A program made the position numbers and the translations under genes. From positions 1 to 33,667 of the forward strand of contig WRCT01000002.1 of assembly GCA_009783775.1 (NCBI GenBank): a stretch of DNA of 33,667 bases. The letters run 5' to 3'. The notes beneath the pieces are model-generated. The model worked only from the letters and a program-made list of their open reading frames with translations. It ran no database searches and was not told the DNA's origin. Each line of letters begins with the position of its first letter. Positions within the stretch are counted from its first letter, which is position 1. Shown one piece after another: positions 8,970 through 18,079 of the stretch. This DNA comes from Clostridiales bacterium (GTDB taxonomy: Bacteria > Bacillota > Clostridia > Christensenellales > CAG-138).

Positions 8970-9659
8970 TTACAGACCACCTTTCAAATACCTTATATAA
9001 TACTCTACAAGCTCTCCCGCGCTTCGGGTGCCAATCAGCCTGACCTGCATATGGTTGATCATAAAGAGCGCCGCCGCCAGTGTAAATGTCCGCGGTACGC
9101 CCGACACTTTAATCTTCGTATCCCCCGAGAGATTGGCCCGCATAATCTCCACATGGCGTATATCGGGAAAGGCCTGGCTGCCCGTGGCTGTCTTGACATA
9201 ATCTACGCCGCACGCGCAGCAGATTTTGGTCAGCGTTGCAATTTCGTCATCCGTCAAAAAGCCAACTTCAAATATGAGTTTCGTATCGCAATCGCTTCCG
9301 CAGATGCGGACAAACTCTCGGATTTCCTCCGTCACAAGACGATAGTTGCCATCTTTCAACGCGCCGATATTCACAACCATGTCACAGGCAGCGCAACCGA
9401 CACATACCATCTCCTCCAGTTCCAGATATTTTGCCTTGGAAATGGTGGCTCCATAGGGAAAGCCTATGACGGCGCTCGGTCCGACGCCGGTGCCCGCCAA
9501 TTCCTTTACTACCAGCTCTGCCCAACAGGCATTTACATTCACATTTGCCAGCCGGTATTTCGTAGCGATGCGGCAGGCCTCCCTGATATCCTTTTCCTGT
9601 AAATTCGGCGCAAGGTACGCCAGGTCCAGGTGTTTCGCAAATTCTTGTGCGGTCAACAT
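8970..9659 (-). CDS. DeoC/LacD-type class I aldolase (deoxyribose-phosphate aldolase family)
   Basis: 229 aa. DeoC-like pattern: HLDLAYLAP..., VIGFPYGA, CDMVVNIGALKDG, YVKTATG (Schiff-base Lys context) and IKVSG. An AAGGAGG RBS precedes it. The stop lies 3 nt before the next gene's start. Confidence 0.8.
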   Translation of the reverse strand: MLTAQEFAKHLDLAYLAPNLQEKDIREACRIATKYRLANVNVNACWAELVVKELAGTGVGPSAVIGFPYGATISKAKYLELEEMVCVGCAACDMVVNIGALKDGNYRLVTEEIREFVRICGSDCDTKLIFEVGFLTDDEIATLTKICCACGVDYVKTATGSQAFPDIRHVEIMRANLSGDTKIKVSGVPRTFTLAAALFMINHMQVRLIGTRSAGELVEYYIRYLKGGL

Positions 9660-9671
9660 AGTCCTTCCTCC

Positions 9672-10595
9672 TTATGTTTTGTGCTTGTTTTTCACATAGG
9701 CTTTTCCCAACGCCAAGGGCGCTGCGGAGCTTCGCATAAAGGCAGCCAGGATAATCAAGCCAACCAAATAAGGAATAGCCTGTATCAATTCCGGAGCAAT
9801 CGGGAGCGCCTGACTGACCTGCAACTGCAATTGGATCGCGTCAGAAAAGCCGAACAGCATGGCGGTTAAAAGAATGCCCACAGGCTGCCACTTTCCCATT
9901 TTCACGGCGACAATGGCCATATAGCCCCGGCCGGCGATCATATTTGTAACAAAGCGGTTCATTTGCCCGAGGGACATATAGGCCCCGCCAAGGCCGGACA
10001 ATATGCCGCAAATCATAAGACAAACATAGCGGTACCGCCAGGGATTGACGCCCGCCGTCTCCAACGTGACCGGATCATCTCCCACCGCTTTGATGCGAAT
10101 GCCTATGGGCGTGCGGTTCATAATATAATACGCAATCGGCACAATCAGGAATGCAATGTAAGTCAGAGGCGGCAGTTGGGCAAGATATTTTCCGACGAAA
10201 GGGAGTCCCTCCAAGAAAGGAACCCTTTGGATGGAGGGAATTTGGACGGAGATGCTTGTGCCGTACATACTTTTTATGACAAAGGAAGTAAAGCCCAGCA
10301 GGAACATATTGATGCCCAGGCTGCTTACGATTTGATTGCCGCCAAACTCAATGCAAATCACGCCGTGCAGTAGAGCCACCAGCATGGCGCTTGTCATGCC
10401 CGCCAATACGCCAACCCAAGCGCTGCCCGAGTAAAGGGAGGCCATCATGGCGGCAAAGGACCCCATCAGCATCATGCCCTCGGTACCCAGGTTGATGACG
10501 CCGCTGCGTTCGCTGAACATCGCGCCCGTGGCGGTGATCAGGATCGGTGTGGCCAAGCGTATAGCAACCACAATCAAAAGCATCATTGTTTCCAT
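9672..10595 (-). CDS. ABC transporter permease (BMP / simple-sugar / nucleoside type)
   Basis: ORF 9672..10619 trimmed to ATG 10595 (METMMLLIVVAIRLATP...), which has an AGGAGG RBS 8 nt upstream. Polytopic membrane protein with the usual partner arrangement for BMP-type systems. Confidence 0.85.
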   Translation of the reverse strand: METMMLLIVVAIRLATPILITATGAMFSERSGVINLGTEGMMLMGSFAAMMASLYSGSAWVGVLAGMTSAMLVALLHGVICIEFGGNQIVSSLGINMFLLGFTSFVIKSMYGTSISVQIPSIQRVPFLEGLPFVGKYLAQLPPLTYIAFLIVPIAYYIMNRTPIGIRIKAVGDDPVTLETAGVNPWRYRYVCLMICGILSGLGGAYMSLGQMNRFVTNMIAGRGYMAIVAVKMGKWQPVGILLTAMLFGFSDAIQLQLQVSQALPIAPELIQAIPYLVGLIILAAFMRSSAAPLALGKAYVKNKHKT

Positions 10596-11650
10596 GCAAC
10601 TATCCTCCTGTCCAGCCATCTGCCTGCCAGGTTGATTCCGCGGCGGAAAATGGGTTCGGCGGCAATGCAGATTACCAGTAGTCCCTGAATTACCGTGATA
10701 ATCTCTTTATCCACACCCACGGCAATCTGCATAAACTGTGAGCCCGACCGCAGCCCGCCGAACAGCAGGCCGCCCACAATGGACACCAGGGGATTGCCCT
10801 GCGCGAGCAAGGCGATGGGAATGCCGTCGAACCCGTAACCCGGCGAAAAATCATTGTAGAGCATCAAATAGGTGCCCTGTACTTCCATGGCGCCAATCAT
10901 TCCGGCCAACATACCCCCCGCAAGGAGCGCAAAGAAAACATATTTTTTTGAGGGGATACCCGCATAGCTCGCCGCGTGGTGATTTAAGCCAACCGCCCTT
11001 AACTCAAATCCGTTCGTTGTGTGGTTCAAATAGATGTATAGGAGTATGGCCACGCCAAGCATAAGCAGCACCGCGCTGGACAGCTTTGCCGAGCCCCCAA
11101 CCAGAATAGGCAGCGCGGCGGTTTCCTGTATGCGGTTTGTGCCGGGGACCATGGCGTTGTCTCCCCGAAAGGGCCCCAAAACAAGTGCAATCAGTACCAA
11201 TTTGGCGACTAGGTTAAACAAAATATTGCTTACGATAATATTTGCGTCTCTTTTGATATATAAGACGGTCGGAATCAGCGCCCAAAGCGCGCCGCTCAGC
11301 ATACCGGCCGATATGCACAGCGGGATGTGCAGAAACGCGGGCAGGCCGGTGATATAGATGCCCGCCAGAGCAGAGCCGAGTGCGCCGAACAGAAGCTGCC
11401 CCTCCACGCCGATATTAAAGACACCCACCTTGCTGCAAATACCGACGGCAAACGCGGCAAGACAAATGGGAACGGCTTTGTTGATTGTATTAATCCAGGC
11501 CGTGCTGCTGCCGAAAGCGCCTTGAAAAAGTGCGCCATAGGCAACAAGGGGACTTTTGCCCAAGGCAAGAATCAAAAGGCCCGCCAAAAGGAAAGAAAAC
11601 AACAACATACAGATCGGCGAGAGGACCGCGGCAAATCTATTCTTTTTCAT
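10583..11650 (-). CDS. ABC transporter permease (BMP / simple-sugar / nucleoside type)
   Basis: 355 aa polytopic protein with an AAAGGGGG RBS. It overlaps the ATPase gene end and the next permease start, which suggests translational coupling. Confidence 0.85.
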   Translation of the reverse strand: MKKNRFAAVLSPICMLLFSFLLAGLLILALGKSPLVAYGALFQGAFGSSTAWINTINKAVPICLAAFAVGICSKVGVFNIGVEGQLLFGALGSALAGIYITGLPAFLHIPLCISAGMLSGALWALIPTVLYIKRDANIIVSNILFNLVAKLVLIALVLGPFRGDNAMVPGTNRIQETAALPILVGGSAKLSSAVLLMLGVAILLYIYLNHTTNGFELRAVGLNHHAASYAGIPSKKYVFFALLAGGMLAGMIGAMEVQGTYLMLYNDFSPGYGFDGIPIALLAQGNPLVSIVGGLLFGGLRSGSQFMQIAVGVDKEIITVIQGLLVICIAAEPIFRRGINLAGRWLDRRIVAWKQ

Positions 11651-13205
11651 GACGCGCCCCCTTTTCCGTCTGTAGATTCTCGCCGTTATGAACGTTATCG
11701 TTCATTCGGCCCACCATCATATAGCCCAGTTTTTCACGAGTGGCATCTCGTCCGGCAAGTGTGCCCATCAAACGGCCCTTGTACATAACGGCGATACGAT
11801 CGGACAGGGACATCAGTTCATCCAGCTCCAGTGAGGCCAGCAGCACACCGCCGCCCTCATTGCGCAAACCGATCAACGTCTGATGAATGAATGCGATCGC
11901 GCCGATGTCCACACCGCGTGTCGGTTGGTTGGCGACGATGATGCGTGGTCTGGCACCCATTTCCCTCGCGACAATTACCTTCTGCTGGTTGCCCCCTGAG
12001 AGGGTTCCGGCAAGGACTTCCTCTCCGGTCGTCCTAATGTCGAACCGCGCAATTGCAGCCTTTGCCAGCGCCTTGCGATTTTTCTTATTGATAAATCCTT
12101 TGCGGTTATACTCTCTTTTTCGCTCAAAACCCAAAGTCAGATTTTCTTCTATGCTAAAGTCAGATACCAGGCCATGTTTCAGCCTGTCCTGAGGAATGAA
12201 GCCCATGCCGCTCCTGCGGCGCTGCAGCGGGTTTCGGTGGGTCACGTTATTGTCCGCGAATAGAATCTCCCCTTGCGTGGGCTTTATTGTTCCGTTAATA
12301 ATCTCCGTCAACTCATCTTGCCCGCTGCCGTCGATTCCCGCGATACCCAATATTTCCCCCTTGTGCACTTCCAGGTTGATATCCTTGAGAATGAAACGCT
12401 CTCCGGCACGGTAGCTTAGGTCTTTTACCGAGAGCAGCACGTCTTTATCGGGGACTCCCTTTATGTCATACTGCCCCAGATTGACATTGCGCCCCACCAT
12501 CATGCCCACGATTTCATTCACATCGGTGCCGGCGGTTTCTACTGTGCCGATATGAACGCCGCGGCGCATCACGGTAATGCGGTCGCTGAAGTCTATCACC
12601 TCTTGCAGCTTGTGGGTAATGATGATGATGCTCATGCCCTGCTTTTTTAAGGAGGCCAAAATCACACCCAACTCGTCGATCTCCTGAGGTGTCAACACCG
12701 CTGTCGGCTCGTCCAGGATCAGGATATTTGCCTTGCGATACAACACCTTGATGATTTCGACCTTTTGCTGCATACCCATGGACAAATCCTGCACCGGCGT
12801 ATCTAAAGAAACCTCCAGCTTAAATTGCTCTAAAAAGGGGCTCACCTCTTTTTTCGCCCGGGCGCGATGGAAACGCAACGCGCTCCCCGGCTCGTTTCCC
12901 AGGACGACATTCTCCACGATGGAGAGTCTCGGAATCAGCATGAAGTGTTGGTGCACCATGCCTACGCCCTGTTCAATCGCACCAAGCGTGGTCTGGTAGT
13001 TCATCTTCTTTCCATGGATGTATATTTCCCCGCTGTCGGGTGTGTGCAACCCATACAAGATGTTCATCAGCGTGCTTTTCCCCGCCCCGTTTTCTCCCAC
13101 CAGGGCGAGAATTTCGCCTTTTCTCAGGGTCAGATCTACCTTGTCGTTTGCTATCACACGCGGGAAATGTTTTGTGATAGCACACATCCGCAATGCATAC
13201 TCCAT
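11637..13205 (-). CDS. ABC transporter ATP-binding protein with two fused nucleotide-binding domains
   Basis: ORF 11637..13217 trimmed to ATG 13205 (MEYALRMCAITKHF...), which has a GGAGG RBS. Walker A is GENGAGKST, the signature is LSMGMQQKVEI, and a second signature LSGGNQQKV marks the second domain. Confidence 0.9.
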   Translation of the reverse strand: MEYALRMCAITKHFPRVIANDKVDLTLRKGEILALVGENGAGKSTLMNILYGLHTPDSGEIYIHGKKMNYQTTLGAIEQGVGMVHQHFMLIPRLSIVENVVLGNEPGSALRFHRARAKKEVSPFLEQFKLEVSLDTPVQDLSMGMQQKVEIIKVLYRKANILILDEPTAVLTPQEIDELGVILASLKKQGMSIIIITHKLQEVIDFSDRITVMRRGVHIGTVETAGTDVNEIVGMMVGRNVNLGQYDIKGVPDKDVLLSVKDLSYRAGERFILKDINLEVHKGEILGIAGIDGSGQDELTEIINGTIKPTQGEILFADNNVTHRNPLQRRRSGMGFIPQDRLKHGLVSDFSIEENLTLGFERKREYNRKGFINKKNRKALAKAAIARFDIRTTGEEVLAGTLSGGNQQKVIVAREMGARPRIIVANQPTRGVDIGAIAFIHQTLIGLRNEGGGVLLASLELDELMSLSDRIAVMYKGRLMGTLAGRDATREKLGYMMVGRMNDNVHNGENLQTEKGARHEKE

Positions 13206-13310
13206 GTTATCCTCCATAGAGAAACCATCTTTTTCAAATTTGCCGGTGTGTCATTTCTGCCACACCGGCAGCGGTATAGGAGGCCTAATCAATCAGCACT
13301 GGTGAGGGGG

Positions 13311-14426
13311 TCAGCTCAACGAAACAAGGAAAGCGTCAAACTCGGCCTGCGTTGCCGGCGCTGTGACCGCTCCGGAGATGAGCTTTGCTTTCAAATCCTC
13401 CATCTTTTGTTTCACATCTTCAGGAATGAGATGTCCGATGATAGGCGAGTAGCGCAGCTCAAGCGCATTCTGCTCAAAGCCCGCCATCTTGATGCCGCCG
13501 ACGGCGGTTCCGTTTGCATAGGAGACGCAGGCCTCATAAGCCGCGTTGCCGTATGCCTTTACATTGGAGGCGATGACACGCTCCGGCGAGAGATGGAACT
13601 GGCCGTTTGCGCCGCCCATGGCGAACTTGCCGCTTTCAAAAGATTCGGCCGCTTGGAAGGTGCCGCTGTTTGCGCCGCCGGCATAGGTGCCCACGATGGA
13701 GATGCCTTCGTTGAAGAATTGCAACGCCAACTCCTTGCCTTTTGCGACATCGCTGAAGCTGCCCACATAGGCGACCTTGCACTCACCGCCTGCATAGGCT
13801 GCGCCCGCCTGCGTGCTGAACTGGGTGATTTCAAGAATCGGGTTGCGCACACCGCCAATCCAGGCGGATACGTCCCCGCCGCCAATGGCGCGGCTCATCT
13901 CAATGGAAAAGGCGCCGCACATGAACCCCACGTCCTGCAAGCGGAACTGGAGGCTGGTGACATTTGGCACATCATTCACCGAGCCCTCCATGGACACAAA
14001 GTGCGTGTCGGGAAAATCGGGGGCAACCTCGCGCAGCATATCGCTGACCGAATTTTCGCAAATCACGACCAGGTCATAACCTGCCTGGCCTAACGTAACG
14101 CAATTTACGCGAATGTCTTGCAGCTCCTGCGGTTCAATGGTTGTGAGATGGATCCCGTTTTCGTCGGTGAAGCGCTGTACGCCTTCGCGGATGACATCAT
14201 TGTACGCCTCGTCGCCGAGACCGGCGGTGGTCACAATAATGGCAACCTTCAAATGGGAAAAATCAACGGGCGGCGCAACCGGCTCCTCGGTTACGGACGG
14301 AGCCTCGGTTACATTGGCGGGAGGGCCGGGGATGCTCACCTCTTCGGGAGGCGTGACGTTGCAACCAAGCGCCATGCACAGCGCCACTACAACAGCCAGG
14401 ATAATGGAAAGCTTTTTTTTGTTCAT
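13311..14426 (-). CDS. BMP-family (PnrA/Med-like) ABC substrate-binding lipoprotein
   Basis: 371 aa. The lipoprotein signal peptide MNKKKLSIILAVVVALCMALGC carries a lipobox. A Pro-rich linker precedes a periplasmic-binding fold with BMP-like segments (VAIIVTTAGLGDEAYND...). An AAGGAG RBS precedes the start. Confidence 0.85.
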   Translation of the reverse strand: MNKKKLSIILAVVVALCMALGCNVTPPEEVSIPGPPANVTEAPSVTEEPVAPPVDFSHLKVAIIVTTAGLGDEAYNDVIREGVQRFTDENGIHLTTIEPQELQDIRVNCVTLGQAGYDLVVICENSVSDMLREVAPDFPDTHFVSMEGSVNDVPNVTSLQFRLQDVGFMCGAFSIEMSRAIGGGDVSAWIGGVRNPILEITQFSTQAGAAYAGGECKVAYVGSFSDVAKGKELALQFFNEGISIVGTYAGGANSGTFQAAESFESGKFAMGGANGQFHLSPERVIASNVKAYGNAAYEACVSYANGTAVGGIKMAGFEQNALELRYSPIIGHLIPEDVKQKMEDLKAKLISGAVTAPATQAEFDAFLVSLS

Positions 14427-14499
14427 GATAGTTCTCCTTTGATCAATGAATTTTTTTGAATCGAGCCTGTTCTTTTATAAACGTACTGACCCTGTATTT

Positions 14500-14542
14500 A
14501 CTATAACACAACATATTTTGTTGTGTCAATAACAAATGTTAT
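14500..14542 (-). promoter_or_regulatory. Candidate promoter of the ABC-transporter operon with palindromic operators
   Basis: On the minus strand: TTGACA (14529-14524), 18 nt, TATAGT (14505-14500). The spacer is filled by the palindrome ACACAAC-ATATTTT-GTTGTGT (14506-14526), which resembles the 7606-7620 site. A second palindrome ATAACA-AA-TGTTAT lies at 14529-14542. Confidence 0.45.
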
Positions 14543-14588
14543 AAATATCCCAAAATATGTTTGAACCAGTTAGCAAAGCAACCAAAGA

Positions 14589-15917
14589 TTACAGATTGTT
14601 GCCAATCGCGGCGGCAATTCGTTCCGATACAGCGCTTGCCTGCCTGTGCAAACGCCCGATATCCATCGTGGTCAGGCGGCCGGTTTCCACCACGCGGCGG
14701 CCTTTGACAAACACGTCGGTTACATCCGATCCCGTGGCGCAGTTGACCACCAAGGAAGCCGCGTTGGAGTGGTTTTCCGTCCGCAGTGGGGACAAGTGTG
14801 GCTTTGCCATATCCAGCAGAATCATATCGGCGCGTTTGCCCACCTCAATCGTGCCCAGTTGCAGCTCCAGTCCAAACAAAGACGCGCCACCCACCGTAGC
14901 CATATCCAACACGTCCTTCTCCGTTACAGTGCCCGGCCCCGAAGTGAGGCTATGCAGCAGAAGCATCGCTTTCATTTCGCGAAACAAGTCCGCGCTGTTG
15001 TTCCACATTGCGCCATCTGTGCCAAGCCCGAGACGCAACCCCGCTTGCAGCAGCTTGGGTATGGGCGCAACGCCGTCCGCCAGCTTCATCTCGGCCACCG
15101 GCGTGTTGACGATGCCGACGCCCCGTTTGCCCAACAGCTCGATCTCTTCGTCACTGAGGTATACCGCGTGGGAGGCTATCATGTTTTCATTCAATACCCC
15201 ACAGTGCTCCAGATAGGCAACGGAGGTTTGTCCGAAGCGCCTTTTGATGAGGTCAAGCCGCCAGGCGGTTTCCGCCAGATGAAAGGTCTGCCTGATGCCA
15301 TGTATCGCCATTTTTTGTCCGATGCGTTTCAACCGTTCCTCATTAAAATCTTCCTCGGCAATCGTAACCAGTATGGGTAACAGGTCTGCGGACCGGCAGC
15401 CTGAGATAAAAGTTTCTATCTCGCTGTCATCTATGAGCATATCGGGCTTGGAGAAATCCCTGCGGATGTTCTCCGCCGGCGCACCCCGGATCCCTGTCTC
15501 CGCCATGGCGTCAATGGCGCGCAAGCCCAGGCTCCAGAACATGGACTCTGCCAGAAAGGTGGTGCCGGAGAGCAGGGCTTCGCAATAGGTCAGCTGCCTG
15601 GATAAAAAACGGTTGTCGTCGCTTAAATATCTTCGAAACCAACCGTAGGGGGCGAACGTTTCATTTTGCTTTTGCAGGGTCAGATTGTCCCCAAGGCCCT
15701 TTAGCAAGGTCATGTCCCCATGACAATGTCCGTTGATCAGGCCGGGCATCAGAATTTTACCCTCGGCAGGCACGACAAGCGTTCCCTCCATCGGCGTACC
15801 CGACCGATTGATTTGAACAATCCATCCGTCTTTGACTCCCACCGACGCTTGAAACGGCAGATAGTCGGTGTGGGAGGACAAAATAATTGCATTTTTTATG
15901 ATAAGGTCAAATGCCAT
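14589..15917 (-). CDS. Amidohydrolase-superfamily deaminase/chlorohydrolase (MtaD / SsnA / guanine-deaminase-like, COG0402)
   Basis: ORF 14589..16103 trimmed to ATG 15917 (MAFDLIIKNAIILSS...), which has an AGGAAAGAGG RBS. The upstream 62 codons are Arg-rich and overlap the ADH gene end. Metal-ligand motifs seen: GLINGHCHGDM (HxH), FHLAET, ASHAV and GLGTDGA. Confidence 0.85.
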   Translation of the reverse strand: MAFDLIIKNAIILSSHTDYLPFQASVGVKDGWIVQINRSGTPMEGTLVVPAEGKILMPGLINGHCHGDMTLLKGLGDNLTLQKQNETFAPYGWFRRYLSDDNRFLSRQLTYCEALLSGTTFLAESMFWSLGLRAIDAMAETGIRGAPAENIRRDFSKPDMLIDDSEIETFISGCRSADLLPILVTIAEEDFNEERLKRIGQKMAIHGIRQTFHLAETAWRLDLIKRRFGQTSVAYLEHCGVLNENMIASHAVYLSDEEIELLGKRGVGIVNTPVAEMKLADGVAPIPKLLQAGLRLGLGTDGAMWNNSADLFREMKAMLLLHSLTSGPGTVTEKDVLDMATVGGASLFGLELQLGTIEVGKRADMILLDMAKPHLSPLRTENHSNAASLVVNCATGSDVTDVFVKGRRVVETGRLTTMDIGRLHRQASAVSERIAAAIGNNL

Positions 15918-15937
15918 GGGGGCGCCTCTTTCCTTGA

Positions 15938-17104
15938 TTAAAATGCCATCGTGTAAATTCTTACAATGTCGTCTGTGTTTAGCGCGCGCACCGCGCCGAT
16001 GGTTCCGCCCAAAGAGGCGGCTTTCGCCATCTGAATAAAGTGATCCCGATCGGTCACGCCGATGTCGCGCAGGTGTGTGGGCAGGCCCAAGCCTCTGATC
16101 CACCCTTCCAGCGCATCCAAGCCTTTGCGCGCCGTTTGTTCCGCATCGGCCTCGGGTGCAAGCTCAAACACCTGCTCCGCGAAACGCCCAAAGAGCGATG
16201 GATTTTCACCGCACACATAGCGCGCCCAAACCGGAAGCAGAACCGCTATCGTGGCGCCGTGAGCCGCATTGTAAGTCACGCTTAACGGCGCACCCATCTC
16301 ATGCGTCGCCCAATCCTGGTTCCTGCCCGCGCCCAAAAGGCCGTTGTGCGCCAGGATAGAGGCCCACAAAAGGTTGGCCAACACATCATAATCCGCTTGC
16401 TCCGTCAAGACCGTGCAGGAACAGTCGACGACCGTTTTCATAACGGCCTCGCAAAGGCGGTTACTGAGTGCGTCTCCCTGCAGGTTCGAAAAATAACGCT
16501 CTGTCACATGGGAGAACATATCTATGATACCGTATGTCAGATGCTCTTTCGGCACCCCGACGGCGAGCTCCGGATTGATCAGTGTAAAAGCGGGGCGGAT
16601 ACAGTCCCCCATGACGTCCCGTTTCTCCGCTGTCGTCTCATTTGTAATGACTGATCCGCAGCTTCCCTCGCTGCCGGTGGAGGGCGTGGTCATCACCACA
16701 CCGATCGGCAGCGCCGCCCGCGCCGCCGCTCTGCCCGTATAAAAGTCCCACACATCCCCCTCGTAAAGCGCGCCGAGGGCAATCGCCTTGGCGGTATCAA
16801 TGACGCTGCCGCCGCCGATTGCTATCACACAGCCGATGCGTTCCGCTTTGCATAAAGCGATTCCCTTGTAAACCAAGGACAACACAGGGTTTGGCACAAC
16901 GCCTCCCAACTGCCGCCAAGTCACGCTTTCGGCTTCAAGGGAGGCGGTCACCCTTGCCAACAGGCCTGAGCTGACGACAAAGCCCTCTCCGTAATGCACA
17001 ATTAAAACATTCTGAGAAAAGACTTTTGCCTCCTGTCCTGCCAGCGATTCAGCATTGCGCCGGAGGATAAAACGGGTGGGCGATACAAACGTAAAATCCT
17101 GCAT
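15938..17104 (-). CDS. Iron-containing (group III) alcohol dehydrogenase, butanol-DH / YqhD-like
   Basis: 388 aa. Seen: AIGGGSVIDTAKAIA (GGGS nucleotide motif), a conserved His cluster (...THEMGAPL...HGATIAVLLP) and an AGGAGA RBS. Confidence 0.9.
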   Translation of the reverse strand: MQDFTFVSPTRFILRRNAESLAGQEAKVFSQNVLIVHYGEGFVVSSGLLARVTASLEAESVTWRQLGGVVPNPVLSLVYKGIALCKAERIGCVIAIGGGSVIDTAKAIALGALYEGDVWDFYTGRAAARAALPIGVVMTTPSTGSEGSCGSVITNETTAEKRDVMGDCIRPAFTLINPELAVGVPKEHLTYGIIDMFSHVTERYFSNLQGDALSNRLCEAVMKTVVDCSCTVLTEQADYDVLANLLWASILAHNGLLGAGRNQDWATHEMGAPLSVTYNAAHGATIAVLLPVWARYVCGENPSLFGRFAEQVFELAPEADAEQTARKGLDALEGWIRGLGLPTHLRDIGVTDRDHFIQMAKAASLGGTIGAVRALNTDDIVRIYTMAF

Positions 17105-17133
17105 AATTTTTCTCCTGCTCTATGTTTGATTCC

Positions 17134-17164
17134 ACCATAAACCTTATAGTAACTATAATGTCAA
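17134..17164 (-). promoter_or_regulatory. MerR-type promoter (19-bp spacer with dyad) facing the Fe-ADH/amidohydrolase genes
   Basis: On the minus strand: TTGACA (17164-17159), a 19-nt spacer containing the dyad TTATAG-tta-CTATAA, then TATGGT (17139-17134). It is near-identical to the + strand copy at 18049-18079, apart from one mismatch. Confidence 0.55.
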
Positions 17165-17215
17165 GTCTTTTTTTGCCTCAAATGTGTTATACTTGCAGAA
17201 AGAAAAGAGGAAGAC

Positions 17216-18052
17216 ATGAATAACCTGACGATTGGGCAAATGGCCAAGTGCAATGGGATTTCAACCCAGACTCTCCGCCTGTACGATAAAATGGGATTGC
17301 TGAAACCATGTATACGAAACAGCGAGACCGACTACCGCTACTATGACCTGCGTCAATCGGCCTGTCTGGATATGATTCAGTATATGAAGACGCTCGGCAT
17401 CTCACTGAAAGAAATCAAAAGAATATTGGATGAACAGGATATCGACGTGATTACCGCTATGCTGCAAAAACGCCTCTCTGAAATTGACCGGCAGATCCAC
17501 GATCTAAACGTCACCAAGGGCGCCATAAGAAACATGGCAAGCGGGCTGCATACCTATCGCTCCATCCCGGTGCAGAATACAGTAGTATGGGAAACCCTGC
17601 CGGCGCGTTTGATTCACTCCTATCCCATTTGCGAGGACTTCTCCACAAAGGGGAATAATTATTTTGAAGCCGTACTGCGGGAGGTCAGGAGCGATCTGAT
17701 CTCCCGCAAAATTCCTGTCTCCTATTTCTGCAACGTAGGCACCACAATCCATCTCGATGATTTTGCGCGGAGAAACTATATGAGCAACAGGGTGTTTATC
17801 TGGGCAGACAAATATACTGCGGGAATCCTGCCTGCAGAAACCATTCCGGGCGGCAGCTATCTCTGTGTTTATTTTGAAAATTACCGCAGAGAAACCGAGC
17901 ATCGGGAAAAGCTCCATGCCTTTGCTGCCGGCGTCGGATACCGTTTTGTCGGCGACTTTGTGTGTGAATCCATTTCGGAATTCCCCATATTTCAAAAAGC
18001 CGAGCGAAACTCGTTTATCAAGATTCAAATCGCTGTCGAAAAAAACACTTGA
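17216..18052 (+). CDS. MerR-family transcriptional regulator with a C-terminal GyrI-like effector-binding domain (BmrR-like)
   Basis: 278 aa. The N-terminal MerR HTH is LTIGQMAKCNGISTQTLRLYDKMGLLKP...YRYYD. A coiled-coil linker is followed by a GyrI-like domain of about 150 aa. A GAGGAAG RBS precedes the start. Confidence 0.9.
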   Translation: MNNLTIGQMAKCNGISTQTLRLYDKMGLLKPCIRNSETDYRYYDLRQSACLDMIQYMKTLGISLKEIKRILDEQDIDVITAMLQKRLSEIDRQIHDLNVTKGAIRNMASGLHTYRSIPVQNTVVWETLPARLIHSYPICEDFSTKGNNYFEAVLREVRSDLISRKIPVSYFCNVGTTIHLDDFARRNYMSNRVFIWADKYTAGILPAETIPGGSYLCVYFENYRRETEHREKLHAFAAGVGYRFVGDFVCESISEFPIFQKAERNSFIKIQIAVEKNT

Positions 18053-18079
18053 CATTATAGTTGCTATAAGGTTTATGGT
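18049..18079 (+). promoter_or_regulatory. MerR-type promoter (19-bp spacer with dyad) facing the VOC / nucleoside phosphorylase genes
   Basis: TTGACA (18049-18054, overlapping the MerR stop codon), a 19-nt spacer with the dyad TTATAG-ttg-CTATAA, then TATGGT (18074-18079). It is the inverted copy of 17134-17164. Confidence 0.55.

Noticed and set aside
8226-9602. 458-aa ORF on the + strand
   Set aside because: It is antisense to the transaldolase-like and DeoC-like genes and spans their junction. The minus-strand products carry catalytic-Lys motifs and RBSs, whereas this translation shows no family features.
12867-14093. 408-aa ORF on the + strand
   Set aside because: It is antisense across the ABC ATPase and binding-protein genes and bridges an intergenic gap. 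It is a shadow ORF.
15918-16103. N-terminal 62-codon extension of the amidohydrolase ORF (start at 16103)
   Set aside because: The extension is Arg/His-rich and overlaps the 3' end of the ADH gene. ATG 15917 has a good RBS and gives the usual amidohydrolase N-terminus.
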